In this document: one piece after another, positions 47,434 through 58,207 of the stretch
Layout of the letters: each line of letters begins with the position of its first letter
How positions within the stretch are numbered: position 1 is the stretch's first letter
NCBI GenBank assembly: GCA_965215605.1
Contig: OZ244070.1
Span: forward strand, 704,001-768,000
Direction of reading: 5' to 3'
Length of the DNA stretch: 64,000 bases
Origin: an uncultured Candidatus Binatia bacterium
Lineage (GTDB): Bacteria; Desulfobacterota; Binatia; UBA9968; JAJDTQ01
The notes under the pieces: model-generated
What the model saw: the letters and a program-made list of their open reading frames with translations, nothing else
Told to the model about the DNA's origin: nothing
The model's database searches: none
Position numbers and translations under genes: made by a program

Positions 47434-49887
47434 GGTTGTTGGGAAGTCAGCGTCATCGGCCGGGCGTACGCGGCACAGGAACGACCGGTGCGGCAGCGAG
47501 CCGCTGATGGGGTCGCGGTACTCCGAGTCCACCAGCCCGTTGGGATTGGCTCCGAGCCCGGAGAAGGGATCGTGGCCCGGAAGCTCCAGCTCCGGGCAGG
47601 GCTGCCACCAGCCGTGTTGCGCGCAGACCACGCCGGGGATGATCCGGGTGGTGAGGTTCGCCCGCACCTTGACGGCACCCTTCGGGCTTTCCACGACCAT
47701 CCATTGCTTGTGCTCGATGCCGTGCTCGCCGGCCGTATCCGGATGAAGCTCCGCGGAGGGCTCCGGCGCCGCCTTGCGGAGACTGGGAAGAGCCCGGTGC
47801 TGGCTGTGGATGAAGGTCGTGAACTTGGCGTTGGTGAGGACCAGGGGATACTCCGCGGCAAGGTCCGGCCGGCTCGTGGGACTCAGGGCCGGCTCCTCGT
47901 ATTCCGGAAGCGCCGGGAACCCGTGCTCGGCCAACCGGTGCGAGTAGATCTCCACCTTGCCGGACGGATTGTTGAAGCCCTTCCGCCGGCCTTCGTCGTC
48001 GGTGTCCGCGTATTTGCGGTAGCGCCGGGGGCTCTCCAGGGTCACCCCGCCCGGGTGCGCCTTGATCTCGTCCAACGTCATTCCTGTGGGTTCCAACTGG
48101 TGAGCATAGGCCGCCTCCACGTCGCCGTCCCAGAAATCGTCGCCGAAGCCCATGCGCCTGGCCAGCTCGAACACCACCCAGGTGTCCGAGCGCCGCTCCG
48201 CCAGCGGCTCCACCGCCCGGCGCCGGTACTGGACGTGGGTTCGGGCATCCACCCGGTGGCGGAACCCGCCGCAGAGGTGGCCCATCTCCAGGAAGCTCGT
48301 GGCGGGCAGCACGTAGTCGCAGAGCTGGGCCGTGGGGGTCATGAACAGCTCGGTGGCCACCCCAAGCTCCAGGGCACACAGCGCCTCGCGCCCGCGTCCC
48401 GGGTCGCCGTTGGAGATAACCGTGTTGGAGCCCAGGTTGATCAGGGCACGGACCGGATACGGACGGTCCTCCAGGATGGCGCCGTAGACGTCGTGGGCCG
48501 CCACCGCGCCCGCGGTCGCCGGCGGGCCCAGCGGCTTCTCGTCGAGGCCGATGCGCCTGGCGGCCGCCTCGGCGGGGAGGAACTCCTTGCCGTCCACCCC
48601 GCGAAACGGTGCCATGGGCAGCATCAGGTTGCCCCCCGGCGCGTCGATGTCCCCCAATAGCGCGTACAGGATGGATATGGCCCGGCTGGTCTGGCTCGCG
48701 TTGGTGTGCTGGCCGACGCCGTTCCACATGAACATGCTCACCGGGCGGTTGTCGCTGAGGACACGCGCCGCTTCGCGGACCTGAGCCGCAGGGACGCGGG
48801 TGACGCCCTCGGACCGTTCCGGCGCGTGGGACGCGGCCAGCCGGGCCAGGGCGGCGAACGCCGGCTCGCACGATAACGCCCCGCCGTCCCCGTCCGGTAC
48901 GCCGAGCTTCCCGAGCAGCGCCGGGCGCACGCCGTCTTCGATGCAGGCCCGGGCGCCCGGATCGTAGGCCGCCGCCCGCTCCGCCGCTTCGTCCCACACC
49001 ATATAGCGGTCCGGACTGCCTCCCTCCGCCACGTCCGCCTCGGTCAACGGCTCTCCGGTGTCCGTTCGCAGGAGGAACGGCCCGTTGGTCCAGTCGCGCA
49101 CGAAGTCCTCGTCGTAGCGTCCTTCTTCGATCATCACGTGGATGATGGCCAGGGCCAGCGCGCCGTCGGCGCCCGGGCGCACCTGGAGCAGCACGTCGGC
49201 CTGACTGCCGAGGCCGACCTTTCGCGGGTCCACAACCACGACCTTCATGCCGCGCTTGCGCGCCGTGACGACGTCCTGGGCCAGCATCAACTGGGTGGAG
49301 CTCGGGTTGTGGCCCCACAGGAGGAAGGCGCCGCTGTGGAGCACGTCCGGGGACGGCTGCGGCACGCCGAAGGTGTAGCTGAACATCGTGTCCCGGTGCC
49401 AGTTGCAGACGTGGGTCGTGGACACCGAGTTCGGGCTGCCGATGCGGTTCAGCAGGCGCGACGACCACCCGTTGACATCGTCCGTCGAGGTGCCGCTGGC
49501 GGTTCCCCGGGCCATGGCGATGGCCTCGGCGCCGTAGCGCTCCCGGATGCCGAGCAGGCGCGCGGCGATGTCGTCCAGCGCCTCGTCCCAGCCCACCCGT
49601 TCCCAGCCCGGATCCTGGGCGCCCTTGGGGTTCGTGCGCCGCAACGGATGGTCCAGACGCTCGCGGTTGTAGACCAGCTCCGGGGCCGCCTTGCCCTTGA
49701 CGCAGATGGCGCCGCCGTTGGGGTGGTCGTGGTCCGCGTCCAGCCGGGTCACCCGCCCGTCTTCCACCGTGGCCACGGTGGCGCAGTGGGCGGTACACAG
49801 CACGCAGTAGCCCCGCACCTTCTCTATCCGAGGTTCCGTCATCATGCTGATAGTCCGTGGTTCGCGGCCGTCGGGGCGGCCCGTCAA
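47389..49887 (-). CDS. DMSO-reductase-family molybdopterin oxidoreductase with N-terminal [4Fe-4S] (start could be 49845)
   Basis: CVLCTAHC...CVKG, WDEALD, WGHNP, DYVLPA, C-terminal HSQHR...HGWW; no Tat motif. Confidence 0.9.
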   Translation of the reverse strand: MTGRPDGREPRTISMMTEPRIEKVRGYCVLCTAHCATVATVEDGRVTRLDADHDHPNGGAICVKGKAAPELVYNRERLDHPLRRTNPKGAQDPGWERVGWDEALDDIAARLLGIRERYGAEAIAMARGTASGTSTDDVNGWSSRLLNRIGSPNSVSTTHVCNWHRDTMFSYTFGVPQPSPDVLHSGAFLLWGHNPSSTQLMLAQDVVTARKRGMKVVVVDPRKVGLGSQADVLLQVRPGADGALALAIIHVMIEEGRYDEDFVRDWTNGPFLLRTDTGEPLTEADVAEGGSPDRYMVWDEAAERAAAYDPGARACIEDGVRPALLGKLGVPDGDGGALSCEPAFAALARLAASHAPERSEGVTRVPAAQVREAARVLSDNRPVSMFMWNGVGQHTNASQTSRAISILYALLGDIDAPGGNLMLPMAPFRGVDGKEFLPAEAAARRIGLDEKPLGPPATAGAVAAHDVYGAILEDRPYPVRALINLGSNTVISNGDPGRGREALCALELGVATELFMTPTAQLCDYVLPATSFLEMGHLCGGFRHRVDARTHVQYRRRAVEPLAERRSDTWVVFELARRMGFGDDFWDGDVEAAYAHQLEPTGMTLDEIKAHPGGVTLESPRRYRKYADTDDEGRRKGFNNPSGKVEIYSHRLAEHGFPALPEYEEPALSPTSRPDLAAEYPLVLTNAKFTTFIHSQHRALPSLRKAAPEPSAELHPDTAGEHGIEHKQWMVVESPKGAVKVRANLTTRIIPGVVCAQHGWWQPCPELELPGHDPFSGLGANPNGLVDSEYRDPISGSLPHRSFLCRVRPADDADFPTTVIPAKAGIQAGGGH

Positions 49888-51362
49888 TCGTCGCGGTTGG
49901 GCACCCCCACGAAGCCGTCGCCGCAGCCCGCCTCCTGGGCCGCCCAGCCGCCGGCCACGCGGCCGCTGAAGATGGACGGCCCAAGCATCGTCCCCTCGAG
50001 GCCCGCGCGGCCGTTGATGTGTCCGCCGGCCATGCCGGCCACCTCGCCCGCGGCGTAGAGGCCGGGGATCGGCTCGAAGTGCTTGTTCAACGCCCGGCAG
50101 CGTATGTCCGTCTTCACCCCGCCGAAGTTCTTGCGCGCCAGCGGAAAGATCTGGATGGCGTAGTAGGGCGGCGTGTCGAACTTCCTGGAAAGCTTGAGCG
50201 GCTTGCCGAACTCGGGCTCCTTTTCAAGTCCCTGCTCGCACGCCTGGTTGTAGCGTTCCACGGTTTCGAGAAAGGCCGGCACGTCCACCTCCGTGAGCCG
50301 GCCCAACTCCTCCAGGGAGTCCGCCTTCTTGATGAACGGGGAGTTGTCCAGCAGCTCCTGGACCTTGTCCCGGTCCACCTTTTCGCCGGCCCGGTAATAG
50401 GGGTCGGCGATCTCCAGCTTGGCGGTCATGGGCGTGTCCACCACGGCCCAGGCGTGGCGCGGGTTTTGGGCCATCAGCGCCGGCGAAGCGGAGTTGCCGC
50501 CCGACAGCGCCTCGTTGTGAAACCGCACGCCCTGCTGGTTGATCCAGATGTAGCCCGGGGCCTGGCGGAAGACCAGGCCGCGTCGCTGATTGGGGTCGCG
50601 ATAGTCCGGCGTGGCGTAGACGTAGAACCAGATGTGGTCCATGTGGGTCAGGTAGCCGCCGGCCTGTCTCACCAGCCGGTGGCCGGTTCCGGTGGAGCCG
50701 CGGCCGGAGCCCTCCATGACCTTTTCGCCCTTGAGGGCGGGGTTGGCCTCCAGCACCATGTCGAGGTTGGAGTTGAACCCGCCCGTGGCCACCACCACCA
50801 CCCGGCTGTCCACCTCCACGGCTTCGCCGGTGCCTGCGTCCTTGCCCAGGAGGCCGGTGACCCGGCCGTTCTCGCGCTTGAGCTCGGTAATCTCGGTATT
50901 GGACACGATCTCGCCGCCGCGCTCCCGGAACGCCGAGATGAGATGCGTCATCAGGCCAAGCCCGCTGTTCTGGGCCCGGGTCCAGCGCAGCACCGTGTTG
51001 CCCTCCTGCTGCTTCATGTCCACCCACTGGACGCCCATGCGCTCAGCCCAGAAGTAGAGGTCGTGGAGCGAATGCTCGATGTAGTAGCGCGCCCAGACCT
51101 CGTCCACCGAAGGACCGCCCCACCTGATCCAGTCGTTGAAGGCCAGGTCCGGCGTGTCGATGATGCCGTTGGCCTTCTGGATCGGCGTGCCCACGATGAG
51201 GCAGCCGCCGCCGGAGATGATGGCGGCGCCGCCCAGATCCGGCGCCTTCTCGAAGGCAATGGCGTTTGCGCCGGCGTCACGGGCCTCGATGCCCGCGGCC
51301 ATTCCCGCCCCGCCGGAGCCGACGATGGCGATGTCGGTGGTGTAATGCTTGACCTGCGACAT
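49884..51362 (-). CDS. FAD-dependent oxidoreductase (fumarate reductase/flavocytochrome c flavoprotein family)
   Basis: IVGSGGAG, VVVATGGF, G.RFHNE, IPGLYAAGE, SGRVAG. Confidence 0.88.
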   Translation of the reverse strand: MSQVKHYTTDIAIVGSGGAGMAAGIEARDAGANAIAFEKAPDLGGAAIISGGGCLIVGTPIQKANGIIDTPDLAFNDWIRWGGPSVDEVWARYYIEHSLHDLYFWAERMGVQWVDMKQQEGNTVLRWTRAQNSGLGLMTHLISAFRERGGEIVSNTEITELKRENGRVTGLLGKDAGTGEAVEVDSRVVVVATGGFNSNLDMVLEANPALKGEKVMEGSGRGSTGTGHRLVRQAGGYLTHMDHIWFYVYATPDYRDPNQRRGLVFRQAPGYIWINQQGVRFHNEALSGGNSASPALMAQNPRHAWAVVDTPMTAKLEIADPYYRAGEKVDRDKVQELLDNSPFIKKADSLEELGRLTEVDVPAFLETVERYNQACEQGLEKEPEFGKPLKLSRKFDTPPYYAIQIFPLARKNFGGVKTDIRCRALNKHFEPIPGLYAAGEVAGMAGGHINGRAGLEGTMLGPSIFSGRVAGGWAAQEAGCGDGFVGVPNRDD

Positions 51363-51439
51363 GTTGCTTGAACCCCCTGGAACGCGATTCGGGATAACCT
51401 ACTCCCTAGCGCGGCGGGGGGTCAAGCCGGGCAGGAGCA

Positions 51440-52123
51440 TCAAAGGAGCCCCTCCCGGTTGAAGCTGAAGAAACGGTCGTGCCCCACCACCACGTGATCG
51501 TGGACGCGCACGCCCAGCACCTCGCCGACCTGCCTGAGACGATGGGTGATGTCCACGTCCTCCCGGCTCGGGGAAGGGTCGCCGCTGGGGTGATTGTGGA
51601 CAAAGATGACGCCGGCGGCGGACTCCCGGATCACCGGGTTGAAGACCTCCCTGGGATGGACCACGGACGCCGTGAGCGATCCCTCGGAGATCTTGACGTC
51701 CCGGATCTTGCGGTTCCGGTTGGTCAGCAGGACCACATAGAACGACTCCCGCTTGGCGTTTATGCAGCGGGGCCGGAAATGGCGGAAGACCTCCTCGGGC
51801 GAGCTCAGCAACTGGCCGGCCTCGCACCGGAGATCCTCCCGGCGCCGGCCGAGTTCCAGGCACGCCTTGATGCGGGCGGCCTTGGCTCGGCCCAGGCCCT
51901 TGAGCCCCGTCAATTCGGCGATGGAGGCGTCATCGATGCCGCTCAGGCCGCCGAATTGCATCAACAGCGCTCGGGCGTGATCCAGCGCGCTCTGGTGCTC
52001 TCCGGCACTGCCTGTGCCCAGCAGGATCGCCAGCAGCTCCGTTTCCGTAAGGTGCTCCGCTCCCCTCTCGAGGAGCTTCTCCCGCGGACGGTCTTCCACC
52101 GGCCATTGATTGATTCGCGTCAT
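51440..52123 (-). CDS. radC: RadC/JAB-domain protein
   Basis: RPREKL, ELLAILLGTG, VHPREVF, HNHPSGDPSPS..D, DHVVVG. Confidence 0.93.
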   Translation of the reverse strand: MTRINQWPVEDRPREKLLERGAEHLTETELLAILLGTGSAGEHQSALDHARALLMQFGGLSGIDDASIAELTGLKGLGRAKAARIKACLELGRRREDLRCEAGQLLSSPEEVFRHFRPRCINAKRESFYVVLLTNRNRKIRDVKISEGSLTASVVHPREVFNPVIRESAAGVIFVHNHPSGDPSPSREDVDITHRLRQVGEVLGVRVHDHVVVGHDRFFSFNREGLL

Positions 52124-52247
52124 GGTGAGCCCAGGTTCCCAGGAATCAGCTCCTAGGAATAAGTTCGGCACTTCCCGGAGGAACTTTAGGGCTCGATGGC
52201 GGGTAGATCCCGCGGGTGAGGTGAGGCTAGTGTCGCGGAACGCAACA

Positions 52248-52727
52248 CTAGCTTCTTTCGAAGGTCCCGCTCTTGCCGCCGCTCTTGTGCACGAGGGAGA
52301 TGTCGCCGACGGTCATCTCCCGGTCCACGGCCTTGCACATGTCGTAGATGGTGAGGCCGGCGACCGAAACCGCGGTGAGGGCCTCCATCTCCACGCCGGT
52401 CTGGCCGGCGATCCGGACGGTGGCCTCGATCTCCACGGACGGCGGATTCTCCCGAGGAATGAGCTTGACCTCCACGCCGCTGATGTTGAGGGGGTGGCAC
52501 ATGGGGATGAGCTCGGAGGTCTTCTTGGCGGCCATGATGCCGGCGATGCGCGCCACCGTGAGGACGTCGCCCTTGGGGATCTGCCCCTCGGCGATGGCCG
52601 CAAGGGTCTCCGCCCGCAGGGTCACCACGCCCCTGGCCACGGCCACCCGCCGGGTGACGTCCTTGCCGGTGACATCCACCATCCGCACCCGCCCCTGCTC
52701 ATCGACATGGGACAACTTGGCCATCAT
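52248..52727 (-). CDS. moaC: Cyclic pyranopterin monophosphate synthase
   Basis: [36 protein letters not shown]. Confidence 0.96.
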   Translation of the reverse strand: MMAKLSHVDEQGRVRMVDVTGKDVTRRVAVARGVVTLRAETLAAIAEGQIPKGDVLTVARIAGIMAAKKTSELIPMCHPLNISGVEVKLIPRENPPSVEIEATVRIAGQTGVEMEALTAVSVAGLTIYDMCKAVDREMTVGDISLVHKSGGKSGTFERS

Positions 52728-52837
52728 GAATCCTCCGAATCGCCCGGCGCTCAGTGTATCGCCCGGAACCGCGAAAGCAAGCCGCCCCAACCCGCCCGAC
52801 CTACAAGGGACACGGTCCGTATGCTAAAAACCAAGCC

Positions 52838-53782
52838 ATGGCAGATCAGACTCACTACCGCGTCATCATCCTCGGATCGGGGGCGGCCGGGCTCACCGCC
52901 GCCCTCTACACGGCCCGCGCCAATCTGGAGCCGCTGGTGGTGGAAGGCTCCCAGCCCGGGGGCCAGCTCACCATCACCACCGACGTCGAGAACTACCCCG
53001 GTTTCCCGGACGGCATCATGGGCCCGGACATGATGGACCAGTTCCGCAAGCAGGCGGAACGCTTCGGCACCAGGATCGTCTTCGGGGACGTCACCGAGGT
53101 GGAGATGGGGACACGACCCATCGCACTGCAGGCCGGCAAGGACCGCTACACCTGCGACGCCCTGATCGTCGCCACCGGCGCCACCGCCAAGCTGCTGGGG
53201 CTCGAGGCCGAAAACCGGTTGATGGGGCACGGGGTCTCCGCCTGCGCCACCTGCGACGGGTTCTTCTTCAAGGACAAGGAACTCCTCGTGGTAGGCGGCG
53301 GCGACACCGCCATCGAAGAAGCCACGTTTCTCACCAAGTTCGCCAGCAAGGTCTCCATCGTGCACCGCCGCGACCAGCTCCGGGCATCGAAGATCATGCA
53401 GGACCGGGCCCGGGCCAACCCCAGGATCGAGTTTATCTGGGACACCACGGTGGCGGACATTCACGGCGACGCGCAGGACGGCGGCGTCAGCGGCGTCACG
53501 CTCCGTAACGTGAAGACCGGCAACGACGAAGCCTTCGCCTGCGACGGCGTCTTCATCGCCATCGGACATCAACCCAACTCGCAACTCTTCGAAGGCCTCC
53601 TGGAGATGGACGAGTTGGGCTACATCAAGACCCACGACGGCACCAGGACCGCCCTGGAAGGCGTCTTCGCCTGCGGCGACGTCCAGGACCGCATCTACCG
53701 CCAGGCCGTCACCGCCGCCGGCAGCGGCTGCATGGCGGCCATCGACGCGGAGCGGTATCTCACCGAGTTGGAGAGCCGCTGA
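52838..53782 (+). CDS. trxB: Thioredoxin reductase
   Basis: GSGAAG, ENYPGF, CATCDG, GGGDTA, YRQAVTAAGSG. Confidence 0.96.
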   Translation: MADQTHYRVIILGSGAAGLTAALYTARANLEPLVVEGSQPGGQLTITTDVENYPGFPDGIMGPDMMDQFRKQAERFGTRIVFGDVTEVEMGTRPIALQAGKDRYTCDALIVATGATAKLLGLEAENRLMGHGVSACATCDGFFFKDKELLVVGGGDTAIEEATFLTKFASKVSIVHRRDQLRASKIMQDRARANPRIEFIWDTTVADIHGDAQDGGVSGVTLRNVKTGNDEAFACDGVFIAIGHQPNSQLFEGLLEMDELGYIKTHDGTRTALEGVFACGDVQDRIYRQAVTAAGSGCMAAIDAERYLTELESR

Positions 53783-53851
53783 TCCGTCGGCGCCCGGGCC
53801 CTTCATCCCAGGTCACTACTCGCCGCACGAGTACCACTCCAGACCCTGCGG

Positions 53852-53880
53852 CGTCATTCCGGACTTGATCCGGGGTGACG
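53852..53880. repeat. Short GTCATTCCGGAC-type palindrome between convergent trxB and hisF
   Basis: cgtcattccggacttgatccggggtgacg. Confidence 0.6.
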
Positions 53881-53895
53881 GAGTGGGGGTGCCGT

Positions 53896-54660
53896 TCAGC
53901 CCTGCACCGGCCGCACCGGAATCCCCCGCTCGTCCAGGTAACGCTTGCACTCACCGATGGTGTATTCGCCGTAGTGGAAGATGGAGGCGGCCAGGGCGGC
54001 GCTGGCGTGGCCTTGGGCGAAGCCCTCGCGGAGGTGCTCCGGACCGCCGACGCCGCCCGAGGCGATGACGGGCACGGTGACGCGGTCGGCGATGGCGCGG
54101 GTGAGAGGCAGGTCGTAGCCGTCCTTGGTGCCGTCGCGGTCCATGCTGGTGAGGAGGATCTCGCCGGCGCCGTATTCGGCCATGCGTTCGGCCCAGTCGC
54201 AGGCGTCGATGTCGGTGGGCTTGCGGCCGCCGTGGGTGAACACCTCCCAGTGGTCCTCCACCTGCTTGGCGTCGATCGCCACGACGATGCACTGGCTGCC
54301 GAAGGTCTCTGCCGCTTCCCGTACGAACTCCGGGCGGGCCACCGCCGCGGTGTTGATCGAAACCTTGTCGGCGCCGGCCTTGAGCAGCCTGCGGATGTCG
54401 GCGTTCTCCCGGATGCCGCCGCCCACGGTCAGGGGCATGAAGATCTCGTCGGCGGTACGCGCCACCACGTCCAGGATGATGCCGCGCTGCTCGTGGGAGG
54501 CGGTGATGTCCAGGAAGCAGAGCTCGTCGGCTCCGGCGGCGTCGTAGGCCCGGGCCACCTCCACCGGATCCCCGGCGTCGCGGATCTCCACGAAACGGAT
54601 ACCCTTGACCACCCGGCCGGCATCAACGTCGAGACAGGGGATGATACGCTTAGTGAGCAT
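53896..54660 (-). CDS. hisF: Imidazole glycerol phosphate synthase, cyclase subunit
   Basis: [30 protein letters not shown]. Confidence 0.97.
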   Translation of the reverse strand: MLTKRIIPCLDVDAGRVVKGIRFVEIRDAGDPVEVARAYDAAGADELCFLDITASHEQRGIILDVVARTADEIFMPLTVGGGIRENADIRRLLKAGADKVSINTAAVARPEFVREAAETFGSQCIVVAIDAKQVEDHWEVFTHGGRKPTDIDACDWAERMAEYGAGEILLTSMDRDGTKDGYDLPLTRAIADRVTVPVIASGGVGGPEHLREGFAQGHASAALAASIFHYGEYTIGECKRYLDERGIPVRPVQG

Positions 54661-55387
54661 CAGCCCCTCCCGCCGCGGCCATGGCTTCGGCTAGCGAAAA
54701 CGCGCCGTTGTAAAGCGCCCTGCCCACGATAACCCCCTCGATGCCTTCGTCCGCCAACGCCGCCAGGGCGCGGATGTCGTCCAGCGAGCCGACCCCGCCG
54801 GACGCGATGACCGGGATCCCCACCGCGCGCGCAAGCCGGACGGTCTGCTCCGCGTTGACCCCCGAACCCGTGCCGTCGCGGCTGATGTCGGTGTAGATGA
54901 TCCGAGCGGCGCCGTCGTCCTCGCACCGGCGCGCCAACTCCACCGCGTCCATGGCCGTGTCGTCGCGCCAGCCCCGGACCGCCACCTTCCCGGCCCGCGC
55001 GTCGATGCCCACCACCACCCGGCCGGGGAACCGCTCGCATGCCGCCCGCAGAAAATCCTGGTCCTCGTACGCCTTGGTGCCGATCACCACCCGCTCCACG
55101 CCCGCGGCCATGGCCTGCTCCACCGCTTCGAGGGTCCGCAGCCCGCCGCCCACCTCCACCGCCACGCCCGATTCGGCGCAGATGGCGGCCAACTCCGGCA
55201 GGTGGACCGGACGGCCTTCCACCGCGCCGTTGAGGTCCACCACATGGATCATCCGGGCGCCCTCCTCCACGAGATGCCGGGCCGCGTCCAGCGGCTGTTG
55301 GTAGTACACCGTCTCCTGGTCCATGTCGCCCTGGTAGAGCCGCACACAGCGGCCGTCCTTGATGTCGATGGCGGGTATGATCAGCAT
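54650..55387 (-). CDS. hisA: ProFAR isomerase
   Basis: [30 protein letters not shown]. Confidence 0.96.
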   Translation of the reverse strand: MLIIPAIDIKDGRCVRLYQGDMDQETVYYQQPLDAARHLVEEGARMIHVVDLNGAVEGRPVHLPELAAICAESGVAVEVGGGLRTLEAVEQAMAAGVERVVIGTKAYEDQDFLRAACERFPGRVVVGIDARAGKVAVRGWRDDTAMDAVELARRCEDDGAARIIYTDISRDGTGSGVNAEQTVRLARAVGIPVIASGGVGSLDDIRALAALADEGIEGVIVGRALYNGAFSLAEAMAAAGGADAH

Positions 55388-55434
55388 GTCGGCGAAGTTG
55401 ATGAAGGGGTATCTGTCCAGGAGCCGGTCATGGG

Positions 55435-56061
55435 TCAGGCCGTAGCCCCGTTCTCGGCAAAGCGCCCGAAGTTCTCAAGGATGCGCAGGCCGATGGCCTG
55501 GCTCTTCTCGGGATGGAACTGGCTCGCGAAGAGATGGTCGTTCGCGATGCTGGAAACGAACGGCGTACCGTGGGAGGTGACGGTGGCCACCGCCGACTCG
55601 TCGGCGGGCGCCGCGTAGAACGAGTGCACGAAGTAGACCTGGGCGCCGTCTTCGATACCTTCCAGGAAGCGCGTGGGCTTTCGGATCTCGATGGCGTTCC
55701 AGCCCATATGCGGCACCTTGAGATCGCCAGCGGCGGAGAACCCCAGGACCTTCCCAGGCACCAGCCCCAGACCGTCCGGCGAGCCGAACTCCTCGCTCTC
55801 CTCGAAAAGAAGTTGCAGCCCCAGGCAGATCCCCAGAAACGGCCGCTTCCGGCGCACCACGTCCCGGATGACGTCCACCAGCCCAAACCGCTGGAGATTT
55901 TCCATGCAGGTGTGGAACGCGCCCACCCCGGGAAGCACCACGCCCCGGGCGTCGGCGATGCGCCCGCGGTCCCGGGTGACCTCGGCCTCGAAGCCCACCC
56001 GTTCCAGCCCCTTCTGCACGCTCCTCAGATTACCCATGCCGTAGTCGACGACGGCGATCAC
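55435..56061 (-). CDS. hisH: Imidazole glycerol phosphate synthase, glutaminase subunit
   Basis: VDYGMGNL, PGVGAF, GICLGLQ, QFHPEKS; GGAGGAG RBS before GTG 56061. Confidence 0.96.
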   Translation of the reverse strand: MIAVVDYGMGNLRSVQKGLERVGFEAEVTRDRGRIADARGVVLPGVGAFHTCMENLQRFGLVDVIRDVVRRKRPFLGICLGLQLLFEESEEFGSPDGLGLVPGKVLGFSAAGDLKVPHMGWNAIEIRKPTRFLEGIEDGAQVYFVHSFYAAPADESAVATVTSHGTPFVSSIANDHLFASQFHPEKSQAIGLRILENFGRFAENGATA

Positions 56062-56110
56062 TATAACTCCTCCGACGAACACTTCCGCAGAATCACAGGT
56101 GTGCTGAGAA

Positions 56111-56255
56111 AGCCGGGTGGGCGGCGTCCCGGAAATCTGTCGACGGCTGGCGGACGTGATCCGTGACCCCGATCCACCACCTGTTTTGCGCGACGCAGAA
56201 CAGCCCGACCCCGGCAGAACCGTCGCCTGATTTCCGGGACGCCGCCCACCCGGCT
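56111..56255. mobile_element. MITE-like 145-bp element with 27-bp perfect terminal inverted repeats
   Basis: AGCCGGGTGGGCGGCGTCCCGGAAATC (56111-56137) and its exact reverse complement (56229-56255). Confidence 0.6.
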
Positions 56256-56296
56256 CGGCCCCGGCAAAACGCATCCCCCGCTGCCGCGGCCCACGA

Positions 56297-56884
56297 TCAC
56301 AAACTTCCCTTGGTCGAAAGCACACCCTCGATCCGTTCGTCCAACCCGGTGGCCCGGTCCATGGCCCGGGCAAACCCCTTGAAGCACGCCTCGATGACGT
56401 GATGCGGGTTCTCGCCGTGCTGGACGTCCATGTGCAGGTTCATGCCAAGCTGGTTGACGAAGGCTTGGTAGAACTCGTGCGGCAGGTCGGTGTCGAAGGT
56501 CCCCACCCGGCCGCCCCGGATCTTCACCCGGTAGGCCAGATAGGGCCGGCCGCTCAGGTCCACCACCACCCGCGCCAGCGCCTCGTCCAGCGGCACCGTG
56601 GCCTCGCCGAACCGGCGGATGCCGTGCTTGTCCCCGAGAGCGTCCTTGAACGCCTGCCCCAGGGTGAGTCCCACGTCCTCCACCGTGTGGTGGTAGTCCA
56701 CCTCGAGGTCTCCCACCGCCTTGACCGTGACGTCGAACAGGCCGTGGCGGCTGAAGATCTCCAGCATGTGGTCGAAGAACGGGATGCCCGTCTCCACTTG
56801 GGCCGCGCCCTTGCCGTCGATGTCGACGACGGTGGTGATGTCTGTTTCCCTGGTCTTGCGGTGAACCGTTGCCGTCCTACCCAT
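56297..56884 (-). CDS. hisB: Imidazoleglycerol-phosphate dehydratase
   Basis: FFDHML, DYHHTVED, NPHHVIEA, STKGSL. Confidence 0.96.
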   Translation of the reverse strand: MGRTATVHRKTRETDITTVVDIDGKGAAQVETGIPFFDHMLEIFSRHGLFDVTVKAVGDLEVDYHHTVEDVGLTLGQAFKDALGDKHGIRRFGEATVPLDEALARVVVDLSGRPYLAYRVKIRGGRVGTFDTDLPHEFYQAFVNQLGMNLHMDVQHGENPHHVIEACFKGFARAMDRATGLDERIEGVLSTKGSL

Positions 56885-56914
56885 CTGTTCTCTCTCCTGA
56901 CCGGTGTCCGGCGC

Positions 56915-58207
56915 TCAGCCCGCCGGGTTCCGCGCCTCCACCGCCCGGGCGTGCTCGTGCAACCCCTCCCGGCGCGCGAGGTGGATGACGGCCGGGGCCA
57001 GCGCCGCCAGACCTCTGGCTTCCGCGCGCACGATGCTGGTCCGCTTGACGAAATCGTAGGTCCCCAGGGGCGAGAAGAAGCGCGCGCTGCCGCCCGTGGG
57101 GAGCACGTGGTTGGGACCGGCCACGTAGTCGCTGAGGGGCGGCGTGGCGTAGGCCCCCACGAAGATCGCCCCGGCGTTCCGCACCGCGTCCACGCACTTC
57201 TCCGGCTGCCGCACCATGATCTGCACGTGCTCCGGAGCGATGGCGTTGGTGATGTCCACCGCCTCCTTCAGCGAGCGCGATACCATGATGACCCCGAATC
57301 GGCGCAGCGCCCCGAGGGTGATGGCCTGCCGCCGGGTGCTCTTGAGCTGCTCCGCAATGGCCGCCTGGACCTTGCGGGCCGTGGCCATGGACGGGGTGAC
57401 GCATACCGCCGCCGCCAGCTCGTCGTGCTCCGCCTGGGACAGCATGTCCGCGGCCACGTAGTGCGGGTCGGCCGATCCGTCCACCAGCAGCAGCACCTCG
57501 CTGGGACCGGCGATGGAGTCGATGTCCACCTGGCCGAACACGAGCCGCTTGGCCGCCGCCACGTAGACGTTCCCGGGCCCCACGATCTTGTCCACCCGCG
57601 GGATGGTCTCGGTGCCGTAGGCCAGCGCCGCCACCGCCTGGGCACCCCCCACCCGGAAAACCCGGTGGGCGCCGGCGATGCGCGCCGCCGCCAGCACCAG
57701 CCCGGCCTCTTCCTGGACCGGAGTGGTGACCGCCACCTCCCTGACTCCCGCGGCCACCGCCGGGATCACGGTCATCAGCACGGTGGACGGATAGGCGGCC
57801 TTGCCGCCGGGCACGTAAGCGCCGGCCCTGTCCACCGGGCTGATGCGCTGCCCCAGCTCGAGTCCCAGGGGATCGCGGAAACTCCAGCTCTTCTCCAGTT
57901 GGCGGCGGTGGAACCGCTTGATGCGCGCCGCCGCCAGCCGCAGCCAGCGCAGGTCCTGCCTTGAAACGGCTGCGCTGGCCCGGTCCATCTCCTCCGCAGA
58001 TGCCTCGATTTCGGAGCGCTTGAGGGTGATCCCGTCGAACGCCTTGGCGTACCGCACCAGCGCCTTGTCGCCGTGCCGGCGGACGTTCTCGATGATCTCC
58101 GCCACCCGCGCCTCCACGTCGCGTTCGATCTCCCCGCGCCGCTGGAGGATGCGGTCCAGCCTCTTGCCGAAACCGGAATCCGTGGTCTTCACGATGTCAA
58201 TCGTCAC
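56915..58207 (-). CDS. hisD: Histidinol dehydrogenase
   Basis: [41 protein letters not shown]. Confidence 0.96.
   Translation of the reverse strand: MTIDIVKTTDSGFGKRLDRILQRRGEIERDVEARVAEIIENVRRHGDKALVRYAKAFDGITLKRSEIEASAEEMDRASAAVSRQDLRWLRLAAARIKRFHRRQLEKSWSFRDPLGLELGQRISPVDRAGAYVPGGKAAYPSTVLMTVIPAVAAGVREVAVTTPVQEEAGLVLAAARIAGAHRVFRVGGAQAVAALAYGTETIPRVDKIVGPGNVYVAAAKRLVFGQVDIDSIAGPSEVLLLVDGSADPHYVAADMLSQAEHDELAAAVCVTPSMATARKVQAAIAEQLKSTRRQAITLGALRRFGVIMVSRSLKEAVDITNAIAPEHVQIMVRQPEKCVDAVRNAGAIFVGAYATPPLSDYVAGPNHVLPTGGSARFFSPLGTYDFVKRTSIVRAEARGLAALAPAVIHLARREGLHEHARAVEARNPAG

Noticed and set aside
51440-52123. radC as a marker of a mobile element
   Set aside because: Full-length chromosomal form among housekeeping genes, with no mobility genes nearby
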